A stretch of DNA of 53,781 nucleotides, the filler included, from Sphacelaria rigidula (taxonomy: Eukaryota): NCBI GenBank assembly GCA_964200075.2. It is 5 parts of 5 records of this genome, joined end to end, with 100 filler letters (N's around TTAATTAATTAA, not from the genome) between each part and the next. Parts side by side here need not be neighbours in the genome. Positions count along the whole stretch, not along the records: positions 21,555 to 32,230 come from CAXNAA020006097.1; positions 32,331 to 43,006 come from CAXNAA020006098.1; 3 more parts are not named here. One strand, given 5' to 3'. Below, one piece after another: positions 23,092 through 34,850 of this stretch. Under the pieces are notes generated by a model, which saw nothing but the letters and a program-made list of their open reading frames with translations, was not told the origin of the DNA and did no database searches. Made by a program: the position numbers and the translations under genes. How positions within the stretch are numbered: the first letter of the stretch is position 1; the number at the start of each line of letters is the position of its first letter.

Positions 23092-23649
23092 AAAAATACT
23101 GCACCCAATAATTTCTGGAATAGAAAATAATGCTGTGGCGACACTGCACAACAGCAACAACAGCACAGACAGTATGGAGATCTGAGATGGATAAAAATCT
23201 CACCCGCGCACGCTGGGGGCCTGTGCGTTGCGAAAATAGTGTAGGGATTTTTTATCCCGATTGTTTTTGTTCCGACAAATGTATCCATGGAACATTTAGA
23301 ACAGTTAGCAAGGGGAATTGAGATGTTCAACAACCAACAGCAGTGACCGGCATTCGCTGCAAGAAGAAGATCCGAGAAATCTCCGGGATCTGTACCCCTA
23401 GGATTTCAAATCATAATGTAAAATATGCTACTTACTTCTGGTTGGTGTAAGGTAGAGCCGTCGTGTATGCGTACCCGGTACTTCGACCGTTGGCGCCGTT
23501 TCGTCTCTGGTGGTATCACCATTTGTTCACAATAAAATCCGAATACTTTGAATGGCGCGGGATACTTTTGAATGGCATCTTGCCAGGTATTCGGCCCCTG
23601 TATTGTTCACGCCAGTGACACATTACGGCGTTCACCACCTACGTAACCT

Positions 23650-23762
23650 ACAGAGACCAAATCTAGTGTTTATTGATGCACACGCCGCCCGATGCAGCGC
23701 ATGCATACAGACACCAAATCTAGTGTTTACTGATGCACACGCCGCCCGGTGCCGTGCATGGC
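23650..23762. repeat. 57-bp tandem duplication
   Basis: ACCAAATCTAGTGTTTA(T/C)TGATGCACACGCCGCCCG occurs twice, 57 bp apart. Confidence 0.8.
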
Positions 23763-26700
23763 ATGGATCATGAAGTTGAAGTAGGTACGGACGAAACAAG
23801 TACTGTAAAGAAAATATACATATCTTCATTAGTTCACCCGTGCAAAAAAAGTTGTTCTCCCTTTGCTCAGCCCGCGCCCTCTCAATACTCAATTTCTCCA
23901 TGGATCTTCTCCTCCAGGTGCCAGATGCTAGATGAAACATACAAAGGTGGAGATTCGTTCCACACCAAGAGTGTCCTGCTGCTACTGCGAAGAGTGCAAA
24001 TATGTAATTGCATTGACAAGACCACCATAACTACTCGACTTGACTCTCCCCTTCCCCTCATCCCGAGTCGATGCTGCAAGACGAAGAAAAAGTGTTGCGG
24101 CAACAGCGGAAGCTTAGAAAAACGCTCATCCTCGTTCTCTGCGGTGTGTATGAATGCCGGGTATCGCTAGAAAATGAACACAACACGAGATTTCCCGAAC
24201 AATAATATTACAATGCGGCTTAGTTTCGGCTGTCCACAGGTGAACCCCCCGCCTTATTGCCCTGTATCTTTCTCACCATCTTTACGAATATCACACCGTT
24301 TCACCGTATTTTGGGATCTGCCTTGGGTAGTCAACTCTCCGCTCCAACCACCAACCACAGGACACGCTTTCTCAAAGGGTCACACAAGGAAACATAGCTG
24401 CTGGAGACCCCCTCGCCTCCACGCTCATTACCCACACTCATCCACACACGTAACTCTAGACGCTGCAAACACCGTGTTCTCCTTGGATCGCCCATTTGAG
24501 CTTGAAATAATCAAAGCTCGTTGATCTCCACACAAGGCGTGGGCCCATCGATATTGCTCCTTTCCTTGGCGACAGCAGGCGAACGGAGTGCAACTACACA
24601 TCGGCAGGCACTTCTCATTTCAGTCGTCGGAGGGAGCAGCACAAAGCGCAGAGCCTAGACATAGAGTTGCGGCAGCATGGGTGAGTTGAAACATCGTGTG
24701 AGCTTTCGGTATAGAGGGCAGACGTAATGTTATGCAATCGTTCAATAATCTCCAGATTGTGAAGGAGGGTGCACGGTAGTCGGCTGGGCCAGGCCTTACA
24801 GCTGTGTTCGAAGTCAGGAATATGCATGCGGCACAGCAGCAGGGGCTCTCAGTCAAAGGTATACTCCAACCCTACGTACCGCCTTGTAGTATACTGTTGT
24901 GCCGGTACACGCTAATCATGACTGGTATTCAGTGTGTACCAGTGGTCTACTCTGGATATGCTACACACGGGACGTTCGTTCTGTTGTGGCAAAGTTCACC
25001 AACACACAATCGTGTACATCGCAGTGCAGGAAGTTTGCCGTCCATTCTGCCGTCTTACACCGCTAGCGACGGCGGCCCGTGCGCAGTTGGTGTGAGTCGG
25101 GTGGTGACGATGCTGCGAGGTTTGGTCCCCGATTGTTGTTGCGTTACTCGTGCCTCCTTCTGTGGAGGCTTTGCTCACTGATCTTCGACTTCTGTTATTC
25201 TCGGAGCGGGCAAATAATAATGTACGAGCCTTTTATGTCATTCTAAACAAACACTTGTTTGATACCTCATCGAGTTCGCGTGGTACACTGTATTTCCACC
25301 ACGGACGGTACAGTTGCATGGCGGTCCATTTCACCATTTGGCTATCTTCCAGACGGATCTGTATGCCATGACCGTTCCGTGGCACGCCCTCTATTCGACT
25401 TCAGGCTTGAAACAAGGGACCTAGGGCTGTGTTGAGGGGGAAAGTTTTTAGTGGTTGGGGTGCTTTGGAAAGTGCGCGTGACCCTGTCTCAAGAAACGGT
25501 AGGGTACTTTCCCCGACTTCACTCTTGAGTCATATGATTACCGTCTTTCGTCTGTAGTAAAAAGAGGTTCGAGTTTTTAATATGTGCAGCGCAGCAGCTG
25601 TCTTTTGGATGCACGGGCACGAGGCAGCTGCCCGTCCGAGTGCAACGCCCTGCACTAGGGGCTCCACTTCGCTGTTTGTTCAACCCAATGTTGATGCTGC
25701 TGGTGCTTGTCCTTATCGCCTACGCATCAAAGACGAACAAATCGTCGCCATGTTGGCATCTCTGCTGTGTTCGTCCTTGTTGATCCAGTGTGCTGACATC
25801 ACATAGTTTGAAAGAAACGGTCGGCAGCTTGGGGGGGGCCTGGGATCTTGAAATACCTGCTTTGAACTGGAGTACGCAGTAGTGCGTGGACATGATGGCT
25901 CACTGCTCTGCGCCCCAATTGTCGACATAACTGGTCGTATTTTCGAGACAAAGGAGCTTACATTCCCAATGCGCCCCTGCATAGTCGGGATGTGGTCGAG
26001 CGCTTCCGATCGAACATCATCATGGCTTCGAAAAACTCTCGGGTCTGAAACAACACGAGGAAAATGCCGATGTCGGACAGACCCCTTGATGGTGACGGTC
26101 GGCAATCTGGATAATACATTTTTGAAGTGAAATTGATGCCGATTCAGCATATGACCTATTCCGCTTGTCAAAAATCTTGCTCGAAACCCGCATGAGAACA
26201 CGAGAGAGCTGTTGGTTTGCTCGGCGAATCCGTTCAAAATAAGTCGCCGCTTGGTCTCCCACGCTGCCCCTCGTTACCTTGTCACGTCCCCGGTCACGAA
26301 GCTGAATCCTAAATACGCCGAAATCGATGATCTATCACATGAATGGACAAGTGGCGAAAAAAAAGGTATTTGCTTTAATAAGCCACAACTCCAGTCACCA
26401 CGGTACGGCACAGTCCATTGAAGCGCCTTACACCGAAGTACAGTTCGTATCAAAAAATGAACAGGCAAACTCGCTCTATCGCTGAATGCGGCCGTGGTCG
26501 CGCCGATTTTCAATATTCTGCTTTTCTGCCCCCATCTGCTATTTTCGTCCCCGTCCAGTTCCCCCCCCCCTCCCCCGCCCGCTCCCCCACGCCCTCACTA
26601 CCGTGGTCACCTCCACGTCAGAGTGGAGTCTAAGCCATGTCATGTTGACAACGTCTAACTCTCAAGTCTCTCAGAAGTCAACATAATCTTCTGTTGAAGT

Positions 26701-29700
26701 ATTTCTTCGTCCGCACATCAAACTTTACAGTGGTTGAAAATGTGAACATGATATTTTCGATAAACTGTTTTAACTCATGTAGTGTCATCGCTGTGGAAGG
26801 TCTGTCATCTGTCGAATCGGGAGTCTTCCGCAGTCAAAATGTGTTGTTCGCACGACGGACACACCCTCGCGGTCACAGGCTCAAGTCAATCAGCAGCAAA
26901 GTTCTGGCATTTTATATCAAGTGGTGATACTGACTCGGTAGGTGTACGCGTACGCACACCCCAGGCATTTGAGGACTCGAGAGCCTCTTCTCCAGTACTT
27001 TTTCTCAACGTTTTCGGCCACCTATACTCACAGACGAACTGAACCCGATTCATCTTTAGTCGAGAAAATGGTTTGTAGGGTCATTTGTGAATGACTTACA
27101 GACTAACCGATCGTCTGGGGTCCGATATAAATGCAATCTCGGGGTTTGTCAAGGGTATTCTTGCCCGACCGAACCACTCCTGATCGTGATGGATCCACGA
27201 TGAACGATATTATGACGATTTCTCGTCAAACTATATTTTTTGGGGGGCGACAGCCGAAAACCTTCTTCCTTTACTGAAGAGGAACGACAGCATCCCTCGC
27301 TCCGAAAACGGGGTTTTGCTTGCTCCCTATCACCCCGATAAGCTCTGATAAGAAAAATTCGGGGAGTGTGTCCTGTGAACGACCGGCTTCCATGAGTACC
27401 CACCGATCTATGGACTTGAAAGTCTAAACGATAGTCTCCCTAAATCAACTCGGTTATCATGAGAATCCAATACATGAGCGGAGGAAGCAGCTGATTCGAA
27501 GAAAGTTGCAGTCATGTATATCAATAAATATGATGAACTGTAGTTGCACACATGAGGGATATCTCGAGCTCAACACACTTAGCTCACCGTCAAATATACC
27601 GGGAGCCTTACGTTCGAAACACCCTTGTTGACACTCATTTTGCCCCCCAGGATGAGCTATCTCGCCCCCTTATTTCTTTTGAAGAGAAAAAAAATGTTCA
27701 TGAACCACATCGCCTGCCTCGGCGCTCGAGAAGCCTGTTTCAAGCACATGTTTTTGCACTCCTGGATATGAATAATGAGGTGACACGCTTTGTACTCGCA
27801 CTCAACCCATCGTTTTTGCCTCCCGTGATGTCCGTGCAATATCTACATCTCAGATCAACCAGGCCCAGCACAACCAAACGGTGGGGAAGACAAATCTCTG
27901 GAAGCGATGGTCACAGAACTTGCGGATCAATTTCCAGCACCACCACGAAAACATGGGTCGTGATAGTGCGCGCGCGGACGGCAACCGCCCGGTCGGTCGC
28001 TCCTGCCATGGCCCCGCCCTTCATCATCCGTCATCACCGCTTTTTCAGCCGGGATGATCAACGCACCCCTGCTCCCTACCTCACCCCGCGAGACGAATTA
28101 TTCTTGAACCTCGTGGCAGGGGAGGGCGGGGCTGATAGCCGGCTACTTTTTGTGCCGCGGTGTTCCCCTGCCCCAACCTTCACCCACCCACCCCGTCCCG
28201 CCGCGGGTCGCCGGCGCTTCTTTTTGGACGTTCTTTGGAACTAAACGGCTGTCCGTGCACTTCCGCACTCCTATTGGCAGGGGGGGACGAACTGGGCCTG
28301 TCGTATCAGTACCTGCGCAGTACCTGCGTTGCTGCATTAGCCCGTTTTCCGGCAAGCTTCGTCGAGTGAGCTCAAGTAGCTGCGGTGGCACCTGTTCCTG
28401 TGATTTCACCTAATGGCCGAACCGAGCGGCGAGGAAAACGGGAGACGGAGTCATCATCCCCTGCGGATTCTTGCACGGGCTGTTGTAGGAAAAGCAAATA
28501 TAAAGTGAACGTGGCCGTGAATCTACCGGAGGGGCGGACGGGGGGTTCAGATGTACCGGCACCACCTCCCCATGGGAAAGTGCGGCAAGCGCGATCAAAC
28601 GACCGCCTTGGCGATTGGGAGTGCGAAGACGGCAGGAGTGTTTTTTTTTGTTTTTCCAGTGGTCACCTTCCGACCTTTTTCTGCGCGCCGTGTGGTCCAA
28701 GCGAGCGAGGCATCCTGCGAGAGCACCACGCTCTACTCGCGGGACATGGAAAGGTTCCAGTTGTCGTGGGTGGTGGGTAACGGCAATATCTGTATGTTTC
28801 GAGGCAGGGAGGAGGTGCGTCGTTCGGGGGCGCTGCCGTAGTGGTCATGCCGCGGGTAATGACGGTTTTGTTTCTGTAACGGTGGCTCTGTAATTGTCCC
28901 CGAGTGGTGTAGAAAGTGGCGTTGGAAGTGGTATTATTTCTCTTTTTTTTACAATGGTAGCAAGATAGTTGTGTCGGCGTGTAGTAGAACATATTTCTTG
29001 GCGTTTTTTTGTATTTTAGGCCATGTCTCACGGAGACATGGATCTTTGTTCACAATTGGAAATCTTGATTATTTATTTTTTACCGCAGTATAGTCGGCCC
29101 CCGTGCGGCGTTTTTTATTGCATCCATGCCGCTGTGTCGTGACGTGAATGCAAGAGAGGTGATTCTGGTCATGGCGATGGGGTCCACAGGATAGCGCATG
29201 AGACAGAAGAATCGTCATGTGGGCCGATTGGAATGCTGGGAACCGAGAGAAAATCCAGTTCGTCATTAAATATGATCTCGATGATCGCAAGAACTAGCTT
29301 TGGGTAAAAGACGTCAACTGCACACGTGTGTACGTAGAGTAAATCTGAGTTGTGGGAAGCAACTCTCCCCAGGGAATGGGTTTTCCGTGTGCTCCTTTGT
29401 GTGGTCTCTTTATATATATGTTGTCGGTGGTGTCTCCGAGAGGTGTCGCACAGTCATGTTACACGGTATTATCCGTATGGTTCTCGTCTTTTTGACCCGT
29501 TAAATTTATTATCGTGTAGGTGTCCTTCCACGATTCGTGGTTCCATTGACCTGCGATGGCCTCGCTCTTGGAAGCTTGGACGTAGTGAGAGCTGGCAACC
29601 GCGCCCCTGCTGCTCTGTCGATGGATGGAAGGAAGGCGGCGGATCACTCCGGCAGTTGAACGCCCCGAGATCTGTCGTCAGCTAGATGTACCATGAGTAA

Positions 29701-32230
29701 GTAGTGTTCGTAGCGAAGCTTTCTTGCCGCGATTCTGGTGTTCCATGAAAGATTGAGAGGAGGAGGAAGAGGAGGCAGTCGGAAAGAATCGCAGATGGGC
29801 AGCCCGGAAGTCGTGATTATATAATATTTAACCCCCGCGGTAGTGACAGCTGAAGCTCGTTAAATTGTGTGCTCACACGATGCAGTAATATGGTGACGCT
29901 ACGAGGTGTCGTGAATGTTCTATCGCACGTCCACGATTCGGGGTGATCAAGTGGTTACCGAGCATGGTCATTGTATCGTGCGTATTGGTGTCTCCGCTCG
30001 GCGTTCTCATGAGGTGTATGTTTGTGTGCGTTTCTCCGGTGTGGTAACCCGGCAATCGGGAGTCGATGAATCACTGCGTTGTGTCCTGAGGTCTGGTGTG
30101 TTTTATTTTCATTTTGCCGGTTTCGCTATCCCCCAGTTCCCGTAGTCACAGCACACGTGTTGTAAGTGGGCGTGTCGTGCAAAGGGGGGTATATCCTGCA
30201 GTAGTGTCGATCGAAGGAGGCAAATAGTCCTTTTGTCTGTCCCATGTTCTTGCATCGCAGGTCTTACGGTTTCAAGCCTTGGGGTCTCTTTTTCTGTGCC
30301 ACGACTTTGTCGGGCGAAAAAGGTGGTGGTGTGACGTGTTTTCGTTTTACAAAGGTGCTGTCTTTTTTTCAAAAGATTATATAGCGTGTAACACTGGAAG
30401 CAAATCACCAAACTTCTGGCCCCATAGTTGTTCTTATAAAGTTTTTTGTGTTGTAACCTTTTCTCCCCCCCTTCCCCCCCAAGCCCCGCCTCACTATCCC
30501 TATACGAAGGTTGTGGTGTCAAGCTCCCCGGGGAGGATCTTACCCTTACTCATATTGAAGCTTGTAAGCAAAAGCAGGGCGGTTGCTTCAGGGAAGGAGG
30601 GTAGTTCGCGCGCGCGAGGAGTAGTTGGGTGGAACCAAAATTCGCAGCAGCGCAGCAGCGTTCACCTCTTTCGAAAGTATGACTTTATCGGATTGCTCGT
30701 CACGTCGTTTTCAACTAAATGTGTAGTAAAGGGCAAGAGCCCCCGTCCCGTCCGTAGTTTTGCGTGTGTATGAAATTGGTCCCTCTAAACGATGGAGTTT
30801 GACGAGGAAATAAAGCAGACGGAGCGCTCCCGAAGCGTTCAGCGGCCCTGTTGTGTTTGTCCGGTGTGAGTTTTATTGAGAGTACATTTCCCAAGCGATA
30901 GAGGAGATGTGTTCCGTCTTTCTCTTCTCTCCAAATCGTTATGGAGGGACAGAGTGGGCGTCTCGCGGAATAAAAAAAGAGTATGTATGTGAGTGAGTGA
31001 CGTGTTGTTCTCGGTAACGCGCCCTTCTAGCAGTACAGCTATTCTCTCTTTTTTTCTTCCTTCGGAGTTTGTTTCACCACGGACGTGGTTGTGTTTAGAG
31101 GTTGGCAGATGATGACTGAGAGTCCATCTTGAGACATGATTAACGGCGACGGAGAGTGTGGAAAATTAATAAAGAAGAGATACTTTTCCTCCCTTTACAT
31201 ATGTTTTTTTCCCTATCTGACTGTAGGCCTACGTACAGAACAAGGCAGGGGTACTCGCTACCGGCACCAGGATGCAAAACCATGTTTTGTAGCTAAATTC
31301 TTCCCGTCTCAAAACATCCCTCGGTTCCGGTAAACAAACGCGAGAATTTGACCATTATCGGTGGTGGATGAGACGGTTTGACGGTACACTGAAAGTCGCT
31401 GTCCGTTACAGCTTGCGCACGCTGCCCTGTCGATTTCTTTATATATCCAAGTATCCATTTACTTATTATATCTTCATAAAATTGAGTTTTATTGTTCGAA
31501 CACACAAAAATTTTGAAGCAGATATAAATAGATGCACGGTCGCCATCACACAGATATCCAAGAGCTACTCACTACGAGCTCGTCCAGCCTAAAAACGAAC
31601 ATCTCTCTAGCTGCCCATAACTTTTCAAGTTCAACGGATAAGCCGGTGTGAGACCACTGTTCAAGGCAACCAATCCGTATTTGTGCAACTATGACGATTT
31701 CAGCTCGTCTACAGCCGACTTGCTCCCATGGATCGATTTTTCGAACCCCAATTCGTCGAGCAACGTTTTTCGCCTAGCTGTGTGAAAACGACATCTAACA
31801 ACGTTTTCGTGAGATTGAGAGTAGAACGCTGATTGAGAGTGGCTTTGATCATTCGCTTGCTTTCAGCCATTTTTCCATTCCGTGTGTGCTCTCCTTTACC
31901 TCCATCACTAGCGTGTGCTTATAGCTACACGTCGATATCCTACTCAGGGACATCGAGGACCTCAGTGGCAAGCTGCTGCAGAAAGCATATTGGACCTCGT
32001 TGAGGGGTATTTCGGAACAGAAACGATTCATTCACTAATTGACCGCTTTTCACTCTCAGTCGTATCCTCTACTCTCAATCTCACGAAAACATTGTTATCT
32101 GTTCTATGATTCTCTGAATGTTGACTTTTGGTTTATCACCTTCAATAGTGTTTTCTTGAGATTGAGAATATAAACAGCCGATCATCTATGTTGAGGATGG
32201 AGATTTTCATTGAGGATGAGAACCCGGAGG

Positions 32231-32330
32231 NNNNNNNNNNNNNNNNNNNNNNNNNNNNNNNNNNNNNNNNNNNNTTAATTAATTAANNNNNNNNNNNNNN
32301 NNNNNNNNNNNNNNNNNNNNNNNNNNNNNN
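32231..32330. other. Scaffold gap with artificial linker
   Basis: Same 100-bp N/linker block. Confidence 0.97.
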
Positions 32331-32568
32331 CAGCCTCATATTTTGTATGAACCCCAAAAAATAAAATCGGCTGTTATTTGTTATTAACCCAAATCTGTCG
32401 CCCCATCTAGGTGCCTGCAGCTTATTTTGATATATGGGGGTATTATATATCGTTCCGAACTATATGCGCGCGTGCCACAGCATATGCGCACAGCTGCTGC
32501 AGCACAGTAAGTAGGGCGTGAAAGGGAAGGGGGAAAGTACAGTACAGACAGCGCAGGACAATGTATAT

Positions 32569-33019
32569 ATAACACGGGATCTTACAAATTGGGGATGGAT
32601 ATTTTATTGCGGATGTGAAACCCAGAGAATTAAAATCTTCGTATACACACGAAATCTTCGAAATATGGTTCCATTTCTTCACCTACTGATAGCTGTTAAC
32701 AACTGCTACACACCACAGAAATTTGGATATCGACCACCGAAATGTTGGGGTCCTAGGTGAAAAACCAATTTCGGAACCATTTTGACGTCCGTTCGGACAC
32801 CCGGAATTCCCCAAAATTGGTTTTCCCCCCAGGACACCAATGTTTCGGTGATCGAATTCCAAATTTCTATGATGTGTAGCAGTTGTCAATAGCTATCAGT
32901 AGGTGAAAAAATGGAACCATGTTTCGAAGATTTGGTGGTGTGGGTACGAAGATTTTGATTCTCCGGATTTCTCATCCCCAACAAAAGATCCATCCTCAAT
33001 TTGTAAGATCCCGTGTTAT
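32569..33019. mobile_element. Foldback MITE with ~205-bp inverted arms
   Basis: ATAACACGGGATCTTACAAATTG...CAATTTGTAAGATCCCGTGTTAT. The ORF track gives near-identical peptides on opposite strands (32443-32682 minus and 32903-33151 plus). Confidence 0.8.
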
Positions 33020-34579
33020 TTATGGTCTCTACCTACAGTGCGACGTGAAAAGGACTTGAACAACGTGCAGCATATCGTACGGCCTGCTGTATGCTGCACT
33101 ATGTTATCCGTGCGCGTCCCGCATGCATATGCGGTGAGTGTGTATGCATAATAGGCGGCCGGTTAATTGTTCCTCGCACCCACCTACACCCCAAATATGT
33201 CGTCGCCGCGCGATGTCGTCACCATGAAAGCAGATGATCAAGTTTCCACCAACAAGAAATACATCATATCCACCCACGGCAGTGTGTGTGTGTGTCTGTA
33301 TCCCTGTGCCCAACCCCTGCTCTTTGCTGCAGGTGGGTTATGGTGATGGTATAGCCGGTTGGTGATAAATAGGGAGTAGATATCTTGGGGTGATGGTCTA
33401 TATACTATTTGATATACGATTGATTAAGTGACTTTTTCTAAACATGGTTCGTGTTGGTAGACCAAGGAATACGGGGGTTTTGTGAAGTATATGGATTGAG
33501 CGAGGTATACCCCGTTCACCTGGCATCTTATCACGCCTGCTAGGTGGTTCGCTTTAATCACAGGTGTCGATACACACACGTATCCAACGTGTGGGATCTC
33601 TATTCAGCGGAGGCTGTTGAGAGTTATTCACCCTTTAGCCCATGTACACATGGACTGGGGGGTAGAAGGATAAATACCTTTCAACAACTTTTTCTGCGTG
33701 TTGGATCCCATGTGCTGGTAACCGTGCAGTGTGCGGGATTTGCCCAGCTGACGCTGCCTCCAATAAATCTCTTTTCCCCCAATCTCCGGATGAAATGAAG
33801 GGCAAAGTAAAGATTTACTTCGAGCTTCTTCTGCTGTTCGAATTCCAAATCTGCCAGTGTGCATGGGATTTGCGCAGCAGCAGAAGCTGTTCGAAATAGA
33901 TCCTTGTTTCGTTCATTTCAAAAATGGGCGAAAAAAGGATCGATTTTGAACAGTTTCTTCTGCTGTTCGAATTAAATCATTTTTTTTGCCGAAATAAATT
34001 GGGCGAGAAAAGGATCTGTTTTGAATAGCTTGTCCTGCTGTCCAAAATAAATTCCTTCTTGCCCGATTCAAATCGGGTGAAGAGGAATTTACCTCGGACA
34101 GGAGGGCAAGCTATTGAAAATATATAAATTTACAGATTTTGTATCAAAATATTTGGAATTACAAAAAAAAACGTCAGGGTTTTTTACCAAAACATCACCA
34201 CATGACTGTGCAGGACTTTGCCCACATGCCTACACAGGGCTGCGAATTCAACCCTGGGGAAAACCCTATCAAAACGCTACGAGGGGTGCAGGTTTGGATT
34301 TTCACTGTCAGGGTTTTTTCACAAAGACTGTGGAGGACCCTGCACAGTGCGCCCCACAGGGTGCTATCTGTCCACGGGTGGAGTTATACGCGACTGATAA
34401 GCAGAAGAACTGACATTCCGCGATTCCACAGGAGAAAATAAAGTATCACATCCAAAAAAACAGGGTTCACAGGATCCGACACACTCCAAAACAGCAGATC
34501 ATTTTGTAGTTAGTGTGAAATATTTCAAGGACCCCATCCCAGCTTTCTCACGAAAACATGCAGTGTGTCACCGCAAAGC

Positions 34580-34850
34580 AAAATGGCAGTATTGGTCGAA
34601 ACGAAAAATGCTCCGTCAACAACGAAACCAGCTGTCGTAGAGCCACGTGTAACAACAGAAAAAGACGCTCAATCGCCTGATGTACCCCAGGCACTCACGC
34701 GCATCATTGTTGCAAGGACAGTATGCACGTGGTCGGCAACGAATGAGACGATAATGGTTCAAATCGCCATCCCGTCGAGCCGACGTGTAAACCTGAAACG
34801 CAATACGATTTTAGGCTATATCACCCTAGTACGAGTGATAAAACCATGCC
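34580..34850 (+). mobile_element. Probable Ty3/gypsy pol fragment (region between protease and RT)
   Basis: IVARTVCTW...VQIAIPSSRRVNLKRNTILGYI resembles the 'VART...V.I.N.S...V.L..GT.LG' spacer of gypsy polyproteins. Confidence 0.35.

Noticed and set aside
23436..23522. Minus-strand ATG...GAA|gtaagt mini-exon (MVIPPETKRRQRSKYRVRIHDGSTLHQPE) as the transporter's first exon
   Set aside because: It ends in phase 0 while exon A needs phase 1, and it lacks the expected TM1 motif. It cannot join directly and has no other support.
31770..34540. Further short repeat clusters (GAGATTGAGA at 31.8-32.2 kb, CTGCTGTTCGAA at 33.8-34.1 kb, CAGGGTT at 34.2-34.5 kb)
   Set aside because: Probably degenerate MITE pieces, but I could not define ends or TSDs.
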